Below are positions 27,211-36,892 of a stretch of 64,000 nt of DNA, in pieces. The stretch is taken from contig JBKQIR010000013.1 in NCBI GenBank assembly GCA_052148275.1, forward strand, positions 17,446 to 81,445, read 5' to 3'. The notes below the pieces were generated by a model. It saw nothing but the letters and a program-made list of their open reading frames with translations. It made no database searches and had not been told where the DNA came from. Source of the stretch: Solirubrobacteraceae bacterium. GTDB taxonomy: Bacteria; Actinomycetota; Thermoleophilia; Solirubrobacterales; Solirubrobacteraceae. The translations under genes and the position numbers were made by a program. Positions within the stretch are counted from its first letter, which is position 1. Each line of letters begins with the position of its first letter.

Positions 27211-30200
27211 GTGCTGCGCGCACGTCTCCTTGGAGCGTTCGAGGTCGAACTGAACGGGAGGGTTCTCGACTCCTCCCCGTCGCAGCGCCCATGGGCGGTG
27301 TTCGCGTATCTCGCGCTCGCGCCGCGGCCGGTTTCGCGCGCCGAGCTGGCGACACGGTTCTGGCCGGACGTGCTCGACCAGAGCGCCCGCGCAAGCCTGC
27401 GGAGTGCGCTGTGGACCCTCCGTCGCCAGCTCGGCGAACGGCTCGTCGTCGAGGGCGACCGCGTCGGCCTGAGCGACGCCGACGGGCTGTGGATTGATGC
27501 GCGGGAGTTCGAATCGCTGGCGGCCGTCGATCCCGAGCAGGCACTCGAGTTGTGTCGCGGCGAGCTGCTCGAAGGCTGTCAGGACGACTGGGCGATCTCA
27601 GCACGTGAGCGTCATCGCGAGCGCGTCATCGCGCTGCTCGAGGAGCAGGCGCGCCGCTGCGAGCGGCGGGGTGACCCCCGTGTGGCGATCGATATCACAC
27701 GCCGCGCGGTGGCGTGCGACCCGTTCGACGAGGAGGCGCACCGGCGATTGATCGTCCGGCTGGCCGGCGCCGGCGATCGCGCCGGCGCGCTGCGCACCTA
27801 TCGCACGCTGGCCGAACGACTGCGCCGCGAGCTTGGCGTCGCGCCCTCGGCGATGACGCGAGAGCTCGTGGCGCGTCTGAGCTCCGAGGCGCCGGAGGCG
27901 CCGGGTGTCAGGCGCGCGCCTGTCCCTGGGTCGTTGCCGCTCGTCGGCCGGGATCGCGAAGTGGCGGAGCTGGAGCACGCCTGGCGGGCGGTCATCAACG
28001 GGACCGGCTCGGCCGCGCTGATCCGCGGCGAGGCGGGGATCGGCAAATCACGGCTGGCCGGCGAGCTGCGGCTGCGCGCAGGCTCGTCCGGGGGGCTGAC
28101 AGCAACCTCCGCGGCGCTCGACCTGGGCGGAACCGCCCCCTTCAGCCTCTGGGCCGAGCTGATCCGCGAGCTGTTGCCTGTTCTGTCCGCGCCGCCGGCG
28201 GATGCCGGCTGGCCCGATGACCTCGCGGCGCTGACGTCTGAGCTGCCGTCGCACTTCCCACGCGGCGCGGCGGCGCGGTCGGACCTCGCGCCGGATCTCC
28301 AACGCACGCGGCTGTTCGAAGCGGTTGTGGCGCTACTCGGCTGGGCCGCGCGCAAGGGACCGTTGCTGCTCGTGCTGGAGGACGCTCACAGCGCCGACGT
28401 GTCGAGCCTGGAGCTGACGGCATACGCTGCGCGCAGGGCGGCGCGCCTGCCCGTGATGATCGTCCTCACGCGTCGTGATCTTCCGCCGAGCGCCGCCGCC
28501 GATCAGCTCGAGCACGCGCTCCGGTCCCGCGATCTGCTGGCCTGTGAGATCGAGCTGGGACCGCTGCCGGCGCACGCGATCGCCGGGCTCGCCCGCGCCG
28601 CCGCGAGGCTGAGTGACGACGACGTGACGCACGTCGTCGCATGCGCGGAGGGCAATGCCCTGCTCGCCGTCGAGACCGCACGGGCGTTGGAGCGTGGCCA
28701 GGGCGGGGTCGCCGCGAGCCTCCGCGGATCGACGCGGGCAACGCTCGCGCCGCTCGCCGCCGAGGTCCGACGGCTCGTCGAGATCGCCGCCGTCGCAGGC
28801 CGCCCGCTCGACAGCGTCGAGCTTGGTCAGCTCGCGCTCGAGGATCCCGACGAGGCCGCCGCGCAGGCGCTGGAGACCGGGTTGCTGCTGTGGACCGACG
28901 GCGGGATCGGCTTCCGCCACGCGCTCTTGCGGGATGCGGTCTTCGCCGAGACCGCGGCGCCGCGGCGCCGCGGGCTGCACGCACGCTGGGCCGAGGCTCT
29001 GCTCTGCAGCGAGACGGCCGGTGCGATCCCGCGCCCGGCCGAGGTGGCTCGGCACCTGCGGCTCGCCGGCAGGGATGCCGACGCGGTGCCCCAGCTTGTC
29101 CGCGCCGCCACCGCGGCGCGCGCGGTTGCGGCGCTCGACGAGGCGATCGCGTTCCTACAGGAGGCGCTCGCGATCGCGCCGGGACGCGCGGAGATGTGGC
29201 TCGAGCTCGGCGAGCTCGAGGCCTGGCAGGGCCGCCGCGAGCAGGCCGAAGACGCGTTCGTCCGCGCGATCGAACTGCTCGACACGGTCGAGCCGCTCCT
29301 GGTTGCGCGCGCGTGGCTGCGCCGCGCGCGCGCCTACCACGGTCCGATCTGCGTCCCGCGTGCCGTGCTGGAGAGCGCTCGCAATGCGATCGAGCTGCTC
29401 GAGCGTGCCGAGACGCCCGCGCCGAGGGAGCGCAGCGAGGCGCTGGCTGCGTGCGCATGGGCGGAGGCCGTCGCCGGCAGCGTCGAGGAAGCCGAGTGCC
29501 TGCTCGCCGAGATCAGCTCGGATGGGTCACCCGGCGATGATCTGCGGACCTACGACGTCGGTCACGCTCGCGCGCTGACGTTGATGCGGCGAGGTCGCTT
29601 TGTGGAGTCCTACGGTCCGTCGATAGCGGCGGGCGAGGCGATCGCGCGCGTCGGGCGGCCCGACCTCGGCTACGGCTGCTGGGCCAACGCCGCCAGTGCG
29701 GCCGCCGGCGCCGGCGAGCCCGAGCGAGCGCTCGAATTCCTTGATCGTGGCACGGCCGCGCTCGCCGGTCATGGGCTCAGAAGCCTGGAGATACATCTGC
29801 TGGCCGCGCGGGCGTTTGTCCTGCGAGGGCTCGGACGGCTCCAGGAGGCACGTTGTGCCGCTGATTGCGAGCAGGCGCTCGCCGCGCAGCTGGCGCAGCC
29901 GCAGCTGATGGCAATGGCGAGCCACGACCGCGGTCTCATCGCCCTCCAATCGGGAGAGCACGAGCTGGCGGCCGTTCTGCTCGCCGAGTCGCTGCGTGAG
30001 GGCGCGCCGATCAGCCGGCCGCTCACGCGCCTGGCGCTGGCTGAGGCGCTCGCGCGCGACGGTGAGGCGGGGCTGGCCGCCGAGCAGCTCCGCGCCGCCG
30101 TGCTCGAGCCCGTGAGACCCAGCGACTTCCCCCGCGCGCTGGTTCCGAGGCTCGCCCATGTCCAAGCCCTGATCGCTCTCGTACGCGGCGATCACGAGGA

Positions 30201-30414
30201 AGCGGTCCGCAGGCTACAGGAGTCTGTGCGCGGTTGGGAGCGCCTCGTCATGCGTGCCGTCGACGCCGAGGGCATCACGACCGTGCTTGCTGATCTGGGG
30301 CGCCCAGTTGTCGGCCTCGTGGACCCCGAGCGCGAGCTCGACCGCGCTCAGTCCGAGCTCGCAGCGATTCAATCACCGGCGCCAACAGGGAGATCAAATG
30401 CCGTCATTCCATGA
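27211..30414 (+). CDS. SARP/AfsR-like regulator: wHTH + BTAD + AAA ATPase + TPR-like repeats
   Basis: RLLGAFEV, SLRSALWTLRR, DPFDEEAHRRLI (BTAD), LVGRDRE, GEAGIGKSRL (Walker A), LVLEDAH (Walker B), FRHALLRDA. Confidence 0.9.
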   Translation: MLRARLLGAFEVELNGRVLDSSPSQRPWAVFAYLALAPRPVSRAELATRFWPDVLDQSARASLRSALWTLRRQLGERLVVEGDRVGLSDADGLWIDAREFESLAAVDPEQALELCRGELLEGCQDDWAISARERHRERVIALLEEQARRCERRGDPRVAIDITRRAVACDPFDEEAHRRLIVRLAGAGDRAGALRTYRTLAERLRRELGVAPSAMTRELVARLSSEAPEAPGVRRAPVPGSLPLVGRDREVAELEHAWRAVINGTGSAALIRGEAGIGKSRLAGELRLRAGSSGGLTATSAALDLGGTAPFSLWAELIRELLPVLSAPPADAGWPDDLAALTSELPSHFPRGAAARSDLAPDLQRTRLFEAVVALLGWAARKGPLLLVLEDAHSADVSSLELTAYAARRAARLPVMIVLTRRDLPPSAAADQLEHALRSRDLLACEIELGPLPAHAIAGLARAAARLSDDDVTHVVACAEGNALLAVETARALERGQGGVAASLRGSTRATLAPLAAEVRRLVEIAAVAGRPLDSVELGQLALEDPDEAAAQALETGLLLWTDGGIGFRHALLRDAVFAETAAPRRRGLHARWAEALLCSETAGAIPRPAEVARHLRLAGRDADAVPQLVRAATAARAVAALDEAIAFLQEALAIAPGRAEMWLELGELEAWQGRREQAEDAFVRAIELLDTVEPLLVARAWLRRARAYHGPICVPRAVLESARNAIELLERAETPAPRERSEALAACAWAEAVAGSVEEAECLLAEISSDGSPGDDLRTYDVGHARALTLMRRGRFVESYGPSIAAGEAIARVGRPDLGYGCWANAASAAAGAGEPERALEFLDRGTAALAGHGLRSLEIHLLAARAFVLRGLGRLQEARCAADCEQALAAQLAQPQLMAMASHDRGLIALQSGEHELAAVLLAESLREGAPISRPLTRLALAEALARDGEAGLAAEQLRAAVLEPVRPSDFPRALVPRLAHVQALIALVRGDHEEAVRRLQESVRGWERLVMRAVDAEGITTVLADLGRPVVGLVDPERELDRAQSELAAIQSPAPTGRSNAVIP

Positions 30415-30796
30415 CACCACGACGTCCGCCGCGCCGCCCGAGGACGTATGGAAGCTTCTCTACGACCCGTCCCGCTTCCCGGACTGGTGGGCTGGGATCG
30501 GCACCGTGGAGGTCAACGGCAGCCGCGAGTACACGATGTATCCGGAGGGCTATCCGGACTTCCCGATGGCCCAACTGCTCGAGACACAGCATGATCAGCA
30601 ACGCGTCACGGTCTCCTGCCTGGTGTCGGATCTCCGCTTCGACTGGCGGCTGCAACCGTCGGGGTGCGGGACGCTGATCACGGTTGACGTCGAGATCCCG
30701 GATGCCGAGGCTCACCGCCTCGAGGCGCAGCGTGACGTGATCAGCGCCTCGATGCAGCGGCTCGCCCAGCTCGCCGCCGGGGCGCCGGAGCGCTGA
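30398..30796 (+). CDS. SRPBCC / polyketide cyclase-like protein
   Basis: APPEDVWKLLYDPSRFPDWW. Overlaps the regulator 3' end by 17 nt; AGGGAG SD. Confidence 0.8.
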   Translation: MPSFHDTTTSAAPPEDVWKLLYDPSRFPDWWAGIGTVEVNGSREYTMYPEGYPDFPMAQLLETQHDQQRVTVSCLVSDLRFDWRLQPSGCGTLITVDVEIPDAEAHRLEAQRDVISASMQRLAQLAAGAPER

Positions 30797-30904
30797 TGCC
30801 GTGACCGCCGGGCGTTGACAGGCGGACCATTCAGAGCCACTCGCCGGATCACCCCACTAATTTCCTCGCGGACCCTTAGCGCCACCGCGACCCGGCCGGG
30901 CGGT

Positions 30905-31603
30905 TCAGACGGGGATCCCGGCGAGGTGCCGGCACGCGCCGGTCTCGACGAGTGAGAGCCCAAGATCCACAGATACGACATGGCGCAGTTCAGCGACGAT
31001 CTGGGCTCCAGCGACCGTGTCGTTCTCCAGATTGCTGACGACCATGCCGATCGACGCGAGGTCCCCGTTCGCGACGCTGCGCGCGGCGCCTTCCGTGTCC
31101 TGCACGCGTGCTGCGACATCGCCGGTGAGCTGATCGATCTCGGCCCGCGTGTGCGCGTTCTCCGCGTCCGGCGGCAGTCCGAGCCGTTGGACCTCGTCGA
31201 GCGCGCGGGTGCTCGAGCCGATCGCGTTCTTGATGCGGTTCAGCGCCCCGAAGCTGAGGTCAAGACTCGTCGCATCGCGCTGGATCTCGTTCTTCCAGTC
31301 CAGGATGTCCGTGCACGCAGCCGACGCCCACAGCCGGTCGGCAGCCAACCGGCTGGCCGCAGGCGAGGTCTCGGCGCTGCTCATCGTGCTCTGGGGGCCG
31401 TTGTGGGCGCTGGGAAGCGATACGGCACCGGTGCCGACGGCGACCAGCAGCCCGCCGGCCGCAATCGCACCCATGATCAGGACGACTCGGCCAAGCCGGA
31501 TCGCGACCGAGATCTCGCCCGCCGTGGACTGGGTCCGGAGGCGCCGGCGTGCGTGCCCTGCCGGCGCAGACGCGCCGGCAGCGGGCAGGTCCGCCTCCGG
31601 CAT
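30905..31603 (-). CDS. Hypothetical membrane-anchored helical protein
   Basis: One TM segment (VVLIMGAIAAGGLLVAVG) then LWASAACTDILDWK helical domain. Start uncertain (31603 or 31630). Confidence 0.6.
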   Translation of the reverse strand: MPEADLPAAGASAPAGHARRRLRTQSTAGEISVAIRLGRVVLIMGAIAAGGLLVAVGTGAVSLPSAHNGPQSTMSSAETSPAASRLAADRLWASAACTDILDWKNEIQRDATSLDLSFGALNRIKNAIGSSTRALDEVQRLGLPPDAENAHTRAEIDQLTGDVAARVQDTEGAARSVANGDLASIGMVVSNLENDTVAGAQIVAELRHVVSVDLGLSLVETGACRHLAGIPV

Positions 31604-31917
31604 CGGGTTGCCATCGCCAGATGCTCGCATCACCGGGGAGCTGTGGCGACCGAGGCGGAGTTGACTGCGAAGGCGTTGCTCATCGACTCCGCAGGATGCT
31701 CGGCGAGCCGAAGAAGACGCACAGAAAGTTCCCACAAGACCGTAAGAAGTAGTGCACACGAACTCCGAGATCCGTGGGTTCGGCGGCGGACGGGAGCCGG
31801 CGATAGCCGCCGAAACCGCCGAACACGAGGCGTGCGGGTGCAGCCGCTGCGGCTGAGCGACATCGCGGGTTGCGGCCGACGCGTCGAGGCGCGAGGATAT
31901 CGCCATAGGGAGGAAGC

Positions 31918-32517
31918 ATGAAGTGCAACGATATCCGGATCGCCGCTCTTCGCGCCTGCCTCGTCACCCTGGCATGCGCGGGCTGCGGCGGCTCGCGTCA
32001 CGCGAGCAGGCAAGCCGAGAAGGAACCCGTCGCCGGCTCGCCCGTCCGGATCGCCTGCCAACCGGCGGTTCGTGCCGCGGTCGGCCGTTTTCTCCACATG
32101 CCGACGTCGACGGTCAGCGAGTCCGGCTCGCAGGGCAACAATGGGTTCCCTCAATGCTCATTCGAGGTCGCCCTGTCCGGACGCGCGCACATGGAGATCC
32201 TCACCAACGTCGACAACGGGCCGTCGCCGTACTTCATCCTCGAGCGCACGGCCATCGAAGCCGCCCAGCAATTCACCGCCCAGCGGATCTCCCCGGCGCC
32301 GGAGTCGATCACCGGACTCGGCTTGGAGGCCGACTGGTTTCCCGCCTATCCCCAGCGGTTGATGGCAACCGATGGGAAGCTGCTGATCACGACCTCGGTC
32401 ACCTGGCCGGGCGCGAGCCAGCGCCGCGATCAAGCGCTTGCCGTGGCGATCACGCGGCCGTACCTGCATACGCCGCACGGCAAGGCCGCCATCGCCGTCG
32501 CCGAGGGCTACCCGTAG
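31918..32517 (+). CDS. Putative lipoprotein
   Basis: LVTLACAGC lipobox, GGGAGG SD, two Cys. Confidence 0.65.
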   Translation: MKCNDIRIAALRACLVTLACAGCGGSRHASRQAEKEPVAGSPVRIACQPAVRAAVGRFLHMPTSTVSESGSQGNNGFPQCSFEVALSGRAHMEILTNVDNGPSPYFILERTAIEAAQQFTAQRISPAPESITGLGLEADWFPAYPQRLMATDGKLLITTSVTWPGASQRRDQALAVAITRPYLHTPHGKAAIAVAEGYP

Positions 32518-32607
32518 GTTGGCCAGCCGGCCCGAACGGGATGAGAAGTCGGCCTGCTCGGGGGCGTCGAGGCGGGCCAGCGCCGGTCGGCTCTCGCTTC
32601 CCTGAGA

Positions 32608-33072
32608 TCAGGCGATGGCCGTAACGTGCAGAGCGCGAATTCCCTTCGGGCTGCGCACCTGCACGATGTCGCCGACCTTGGCGTGCAGGAGCGCCTCTCC
32701 GATCGGGGAGGCGATCGACAGTCTGCCCTCGGCAGGGGCCGCCTCATATGAAGAGACGAGTCTGAACGTCTTGGAATCTCCGCGATCCTGGTCGGTGAAT
32801 GTGACCACGCAGCCGAGAGACACTTCGTCTGTCGATCTGGATGAGTCGACGACTACGGAGCTCGCTGACCGTTCGCGGAGCTTGGCGATCCGGGCCTCGA
32901 GCATCGCCTGCTCGTTCTTCGCGGCGTCGTATTCGGAGTTCTCGGAGATGTCGCCCCATTCGCGCGCGACCTTGATCCGCTCGGCGACCTCGCGGCGTCC
33001 GCGGCCTTCGAGGTCGGCTAATTCCTGACGCAGGCGTACCAGTTCATCGGCGGTGATCTGCGAGCTGCTCAT
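32608..33072 (-). CDS. greA: Transcription elongation factor GreA/GreB family
   Basis: AREWGDISENSEYDAAKNEQ (acidic catalytic tip), SIASPIGEALL..KVGD. Start at ATG 33072. Confidence 0.9.
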   Translation of the reverse strand: MSSSQITADELVRLRQELADLEGRGRREVAERIKVAREWGDISENSEYDAAKNEQAMLEARIAKLRERSASSVVVDSSRSTDEVSLGCVVTFTDQDRGDSKTFRLVSSYEAAPAEGRLSIASPIGEALLHAKVGDIVQVRSPKGIRALHVTAIA

Positions 33073-33221
33073 CTTCGGGCTCCTGGAGTCGTGGAGGTGC
33101 CCGCGTCCTGTGTGAAGCCCGCGGTCAGCTCTCGTTCTGAGGCCCAGCCTAGCGTTCCTCGACACGACGCGAGCCCAGTTCGAGACCCAAGCTGCGGCGG
33201 AGGCCTTCCTCAACGAGGTGA

Positions 33222-34829
33222 TCAGCGACGCCACCACCAGGACCAGCGCGTCGTTTCGGTTGCGCACAGTCGCGTGTGTACGTAGGCGAGCTCGTCGGCC
33301 GTGGTCTCGAGCGCCTTGCGGAGGTCTTCGTCCAGTTCCCCGGCGGCTCGCGAACACAGCTCGAGCACGGCAATCGTCTCGCTGTCGCGGCGGACGGGCA
33401 GGATGACGACCGACGCCATGCCGTGCGACGCCAGCGCCGCGAGATGGCCATCGCCCTCGTTGCCGAGGTCGCCGTACCACGTCAGGGCGCCGTCGGCGGC
33501 CGCGCGTCCAATCGCTGAGGTGTAGGCGTCGAGGCGGACCTGAAGGGTCGACGCTTCGAACTGCGCCATTGCGTGCGGCTCGCTGGACCAGATCGCCGAG
33601 CAGACGTAGCGCTTCGATCGCGAGGTGCGCGACCAGGTGATCACCGCATCCCATCCCCCACGGGACCCAATCACTCGCTCACCTTCGCTCAACACCGTCC
33701 GTGAAGAGCGGCAATCGACGAGCGCCGACGCCAGGGCGAGTTGTGCCGAGTGGGTCCAGCTCGGGCCGGTTCGTACCTTGATCCCCGGAGGTTGAACGGG
33801 GCCGTCGACGGCGTGCTGGTCCGCGCCGACGCCCGCCGCGTATCCTGGGGCGCGATCTGGCAGGGACGCATCGGCATCATCCGTAGCGCCGTCGTCCGGT
33901 GCCGGCGCGCCATCCATCCCGGTGCGGCTCTCGGCATCGCCTGACCCAACCGCGTCGCCGTCGGCAGGCGGCATGGCCTCCGCGGCTTCGACATCGGCCT
34001 GCGCGATATTGTGCTCCGCGTCCCACTGCGCCTGCAGCGCCCGCATCTGCTCGATCGCCGACTCCGCGACGCGCTGGGACCGCATCGCCGCCCGCTGCGC
34101 AATCGCGACATCTTCTTGAGACGCCTCCGCTTCGAGCCGGGCCGCATCGGCGTCAAGCCGGGCCGCCTCGGCTCTCAGCCGAGCCGCCTTTGAATCCTGC
34201 GCGGCTGTCGCCGTGCTGACCTGCGCGTCCGCAAGCGCAGCCTCGAGCTCCGCTGCGCGCGCCTGCTCCGCCGCCAGCGACGCGTCGAGCTCCTCGGCGC
34301 GGGCTCGCTGGCGCCCGTGCGACTCCTCGAGCTCGGCGCTCCGGGCCCGTTCTTGGGCGAGCAGAACGTCGAGGTGATCGCTATGACGGTTAGCCTCGTC
34401 GGCTCGGGCCTCCCACTCCGTACGGGCCTGCGCCTCTGCCGCAAGCGCCGCCGAGTCACGCTCGTGCGTCTGGCGCATCGCTTCGAGTTCGGCTCCTCGC
34501 TGGTCGAGCTCGGTCTCCAGCACGTTGACGCGCACTGCGGTCTCGGCCGCGGCCCGGTGCGCGTCGCGTGCCCCGGTGAGCAGCCGCCCCAGCTCGTCGA
34601 GCTCATCAACCGCGTCGGCGAGCACGAGGGCCAGCTCGCCAGCGCGCGCACCTGCTGCCTCGAGCGAGCTCCCGAGCTCCTCCACGGGGTCACTCGACCC
34701 GCCGCTCGATCGATTTGTAGAGGCGTCAGCCATCGGCGGGGCGGACCATTCCGCGAGCCCGTCGAGCAGTGTCAGCTGGGGCGCTGGTCGGAGCGCAATC
34801 GGTGAATCATGCAATGGTTCAACGGACAA
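33222..34829 (-). CDS. Long coiled-coil protein with a C-terminal GAF-like domain
   Basis: Heptad-like Ala/Glu-rich run (about aa 50-270), an acidic linker, then IGRAAADG...W...ASHGMASVVILPV...VLELCS. Confidence 0.65.
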   Translation of the reverse strand: MSVEPLHDSPIALRPAPQLTLLDGLAEWSAPPMADASTNRSSGGSSDPVEELGSSLEAAGARAGELALVLADAVDELDELGRLLTGARDAHRAAAETAVRVNVLETELDQRGAELEAMRQTHERDSAALAAEAQARTEWEARADEANRHSDHLDVLLAQERARSAELEESHGRQRARAEELDASLAAEQARAAELEAALADAQVSTATAAQDSKAARLRAEAARLDADAARLEAEASQEDVAIAQRAAMRSQRVAESAIEQMRALQAQWDAEHNIAQADVEAAEAMPPADGDAVGSGDAESRTGMDGAPAPDDGATDDADASLPDRAPGYAAGVGADQHAVDGPVQPPGIKVRTGPSWTHSAQLALASALVDCRSSRTVLSEGERVIGSRGGWDAVITWSRTSRSKRYVCSAIWSSEPHAMAQFEASTLQVRLDAYTSAIGRAAADGALTWYGDLGNEGDGHLAALASHGMASVVILPVRRDSETIAVLELCSRAAGELDEDLRKALETTADELAYVHTRLCATETTRWSWWWRR

Positions 34830-35269
34830 GGGACAGCCTCCGCGTCAGCGTCTTGGCCCATGGCGCCGTCGATCTCGACACGGGACGAGGGTCGCTGTCG
34901 TTGCGGCCGGCGGCGGGCTCGGGCTTGCTGGGGGAAGAGACACGACGCATCTCCCGTAGATTCGGCTCGAGCGCGGCCGCTCGTTAACAAGTCGATGGCC
35001 CGCCGACGAATCGCCACCCACGCTCCACGACAGAGCGGTCGGACGCGACCCGGGAAGCGCTGGCGCAAATCCACGATACCGGTGTGGAACGTGACCGATG
35101 AGCATTGCTCACGTTTTGAGCCTCAGAGACCATCCACCGGAGAGCCGACATGATGATTCTTGCCCTTGATCTTCTTGGCCTGTGTGCCCTTCTGTCCGTG
35201 TTCGTCGTCGCTGCGTGCGTCTCCGCCATGAATGGAGATCAGCGCGAAGGCGCGATCGCCGCCGGCCGG

Positions 35270-35506
35270 TTAGCTGCCGAGCTGGGCGAAGAACGTGTAG
35301 ATGACCATCGCGCTGACGGCAAGCACGAACACGCGTAGCGCCCACAGCGCGAGCCTGGTCCGGGGGCTGAGCCGGGCGCGCGGGGCTGGGCGGGATTTGT
35401 CTATGACGAGCTGATCTGGTTCGAGGAACATGACGAGTTGCTCGTCGTCCGGTTGGTCGTGCTGCGGCATCGGGAGGTGCGTTGGATGGTGGGCACTACG
35501 GGTCAT
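35270..35506 (-). CDS. Small single-TM protein downstream of the Nramp-like gene
   Basis: ATG directly abuts the transporter stop; RLALWALRVFVLAVSAMVIYTFF is a TM helix. Confidence 0.6.
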   Translation of the reverse strand: MTRSAHHPTHLPMPQHDQPDDEQLVMFLEPDQLVIDKSRPAPRARLSPRTRLALWALRVFVLAVSAMVIYTFFAQLGS

Positions 35507-36892
35507 CTAGCCGTGGATCAGGTGCACTGTCTGCAGAAACGAGTCGATCCCGTATCCAGCGCCGCAGACCGATACGAACATGACGATCGCGATTGCGACC
35601 CTGTTAAGGGATGCTGTGTTGACCCATTTGCCCATCAGCTCTCGGTCGTTGGCGAGCATGAGCATGAACACGAGCGTGACCGGCAGCAGGACGGTGGCAA
35701 GCACGTTGGCGTTGAGCGTGATCGAGAGCAGCGGAGCGCCCGGGATCAGGATGATCAGGGCGGCAATCAGCGCAACCGTGATGTTCGCGGCATAGAACGG
35801 CACGGCCTTGTGCGGCGCGTTGTTGAAGCTGCTCGCCTTGCCGATGCACTCGCCGGCAGCGTAGCCGGTGCTGGCGGAGATCGTCAGCACGGCAACCGCG
35901 CCGGCTTCGATCAGCCCGAGCGCGAACACGGTGCCGACCGCGCTCCCCGACACCGAGCGCAGCGCCCCCGGGAAACCGGCGCCCGCGAGCACCTGAATGC
36001 TCCCGCCGCCGCGGGTCGCGAGCGCGGCGCCGGCGATCAGCGCGCCACATCCGAACACGGCCGCGAGCGCGCCGCCCGCGATCGTGTCGAGCCGCCCGTG
36101 CATGAGATCCCGAGGGGTCAGGCCTTTGTCGGCCGAGGCGCTCTGCTGGAAGAAGATCATCCACGGCGTGACGGTCGCACCGATCGTGGAGGCCACAAGC
36201 AGCAGCAACGTGTTGAAGCTGCCGCCCGGAAGCGGCGAGAACGTACCCAGCGCATGAGCGACCGCGCTCCAGTGCGGCCTGACCATGACCGCGGCAACCA
36301 GGAACAGGCCGTTGAAGATCGCGAGGCCGAGCGCGATCCGCTCCCACCGCCAGTAGCGTCCGCCGCTCAGGGTGAACACCACCAACACCAGACCGAGCGC
36401 TGAGGCGACGCCCGGGCCGAGGTGGAAGTAGGCAAGCCCGACGCGGATCGAAACGAACTCGGCGATCATCGTGACGAGGTTCGTGAACAGCAAATCGCCC
36501 GCCGCGAACCAGCCCCAGAGTGGACCGTACCGCTGCAGCACGAGCTGGCCATAGCCGCGATGCGTGACCGCTCCGACGCGCATGCACATCTCCTGACAGA
36601 CGATCGCCATCCCGAACGTCACCACTATGAACGGCAGAAAGAGCCCCAGTCCGTACGTCGCGCCGGTGGTCGCGTAGGAGATCATGCTCGGCCCGTCGTT
36701 CTCGCCGAGCATCGCCAGGATCCCAGGACCGACGAGCAGCCACAGAAGCTGCCACCTGTGGCCACCGCGCCGCGCGCGGTGCACGCGCGAGCGATCAAGC
36801 GATCTGGCGATGTCCTCAGCGTTCAGTGAAGGGAGCGGCAGGGCGACGGTACCGCCCGCCGCCGTCTGCGGCTCGGCCGGCGGTGGCGTCAC
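35507..36892 (-). CDS. Nramp-related divalent metal transporter (non-canonical metal site)
   Basis: GPGILAMLGENDGPS, QEMCMRVGAVT.RG, IGATVTPWMIFFQQS, 11 TM segments. Confidence 0.85.
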   Translation of the reverse strand: MTPPPAEPQTAAGGTVALPLPSLNAEDIARSLDRSRVHRARRGGHRWQLLWLLVGPGILAMLGENDGPSMISYATTGATYGLGLFLPFIVVTFGMAIVCQEMCMRVGAVTHRGYGQLVLQRYGPLWGWFAAGDLLFTNLVTMIAEFVSIRVGLAYFHLGPGVASALGLVLVVFTLSGGRYWRWERIALGLAIFNGLFLVAAVMVRPHWSAVAHALGTFSPLPGGSFNTLLLLVASTIGATVTPWMIFFQQSASADKGLTPRDLMHGRLDTIAGGALAAVFGCGALIAGAALATRGGGSIQVLAGAGFPGALRSVSGSAVGTVFALGLIEAGAVAVLTISASTGYAAGECIGKASSFNNAPHKAVPFYAANITVALIAALIILIPGAPLLSITLNANVLATVLLPVTLVFMLMLANDRELMGKWVNTASLNRVAIAIVMFVSVCGAGYGIDSFLQTVHLIHG

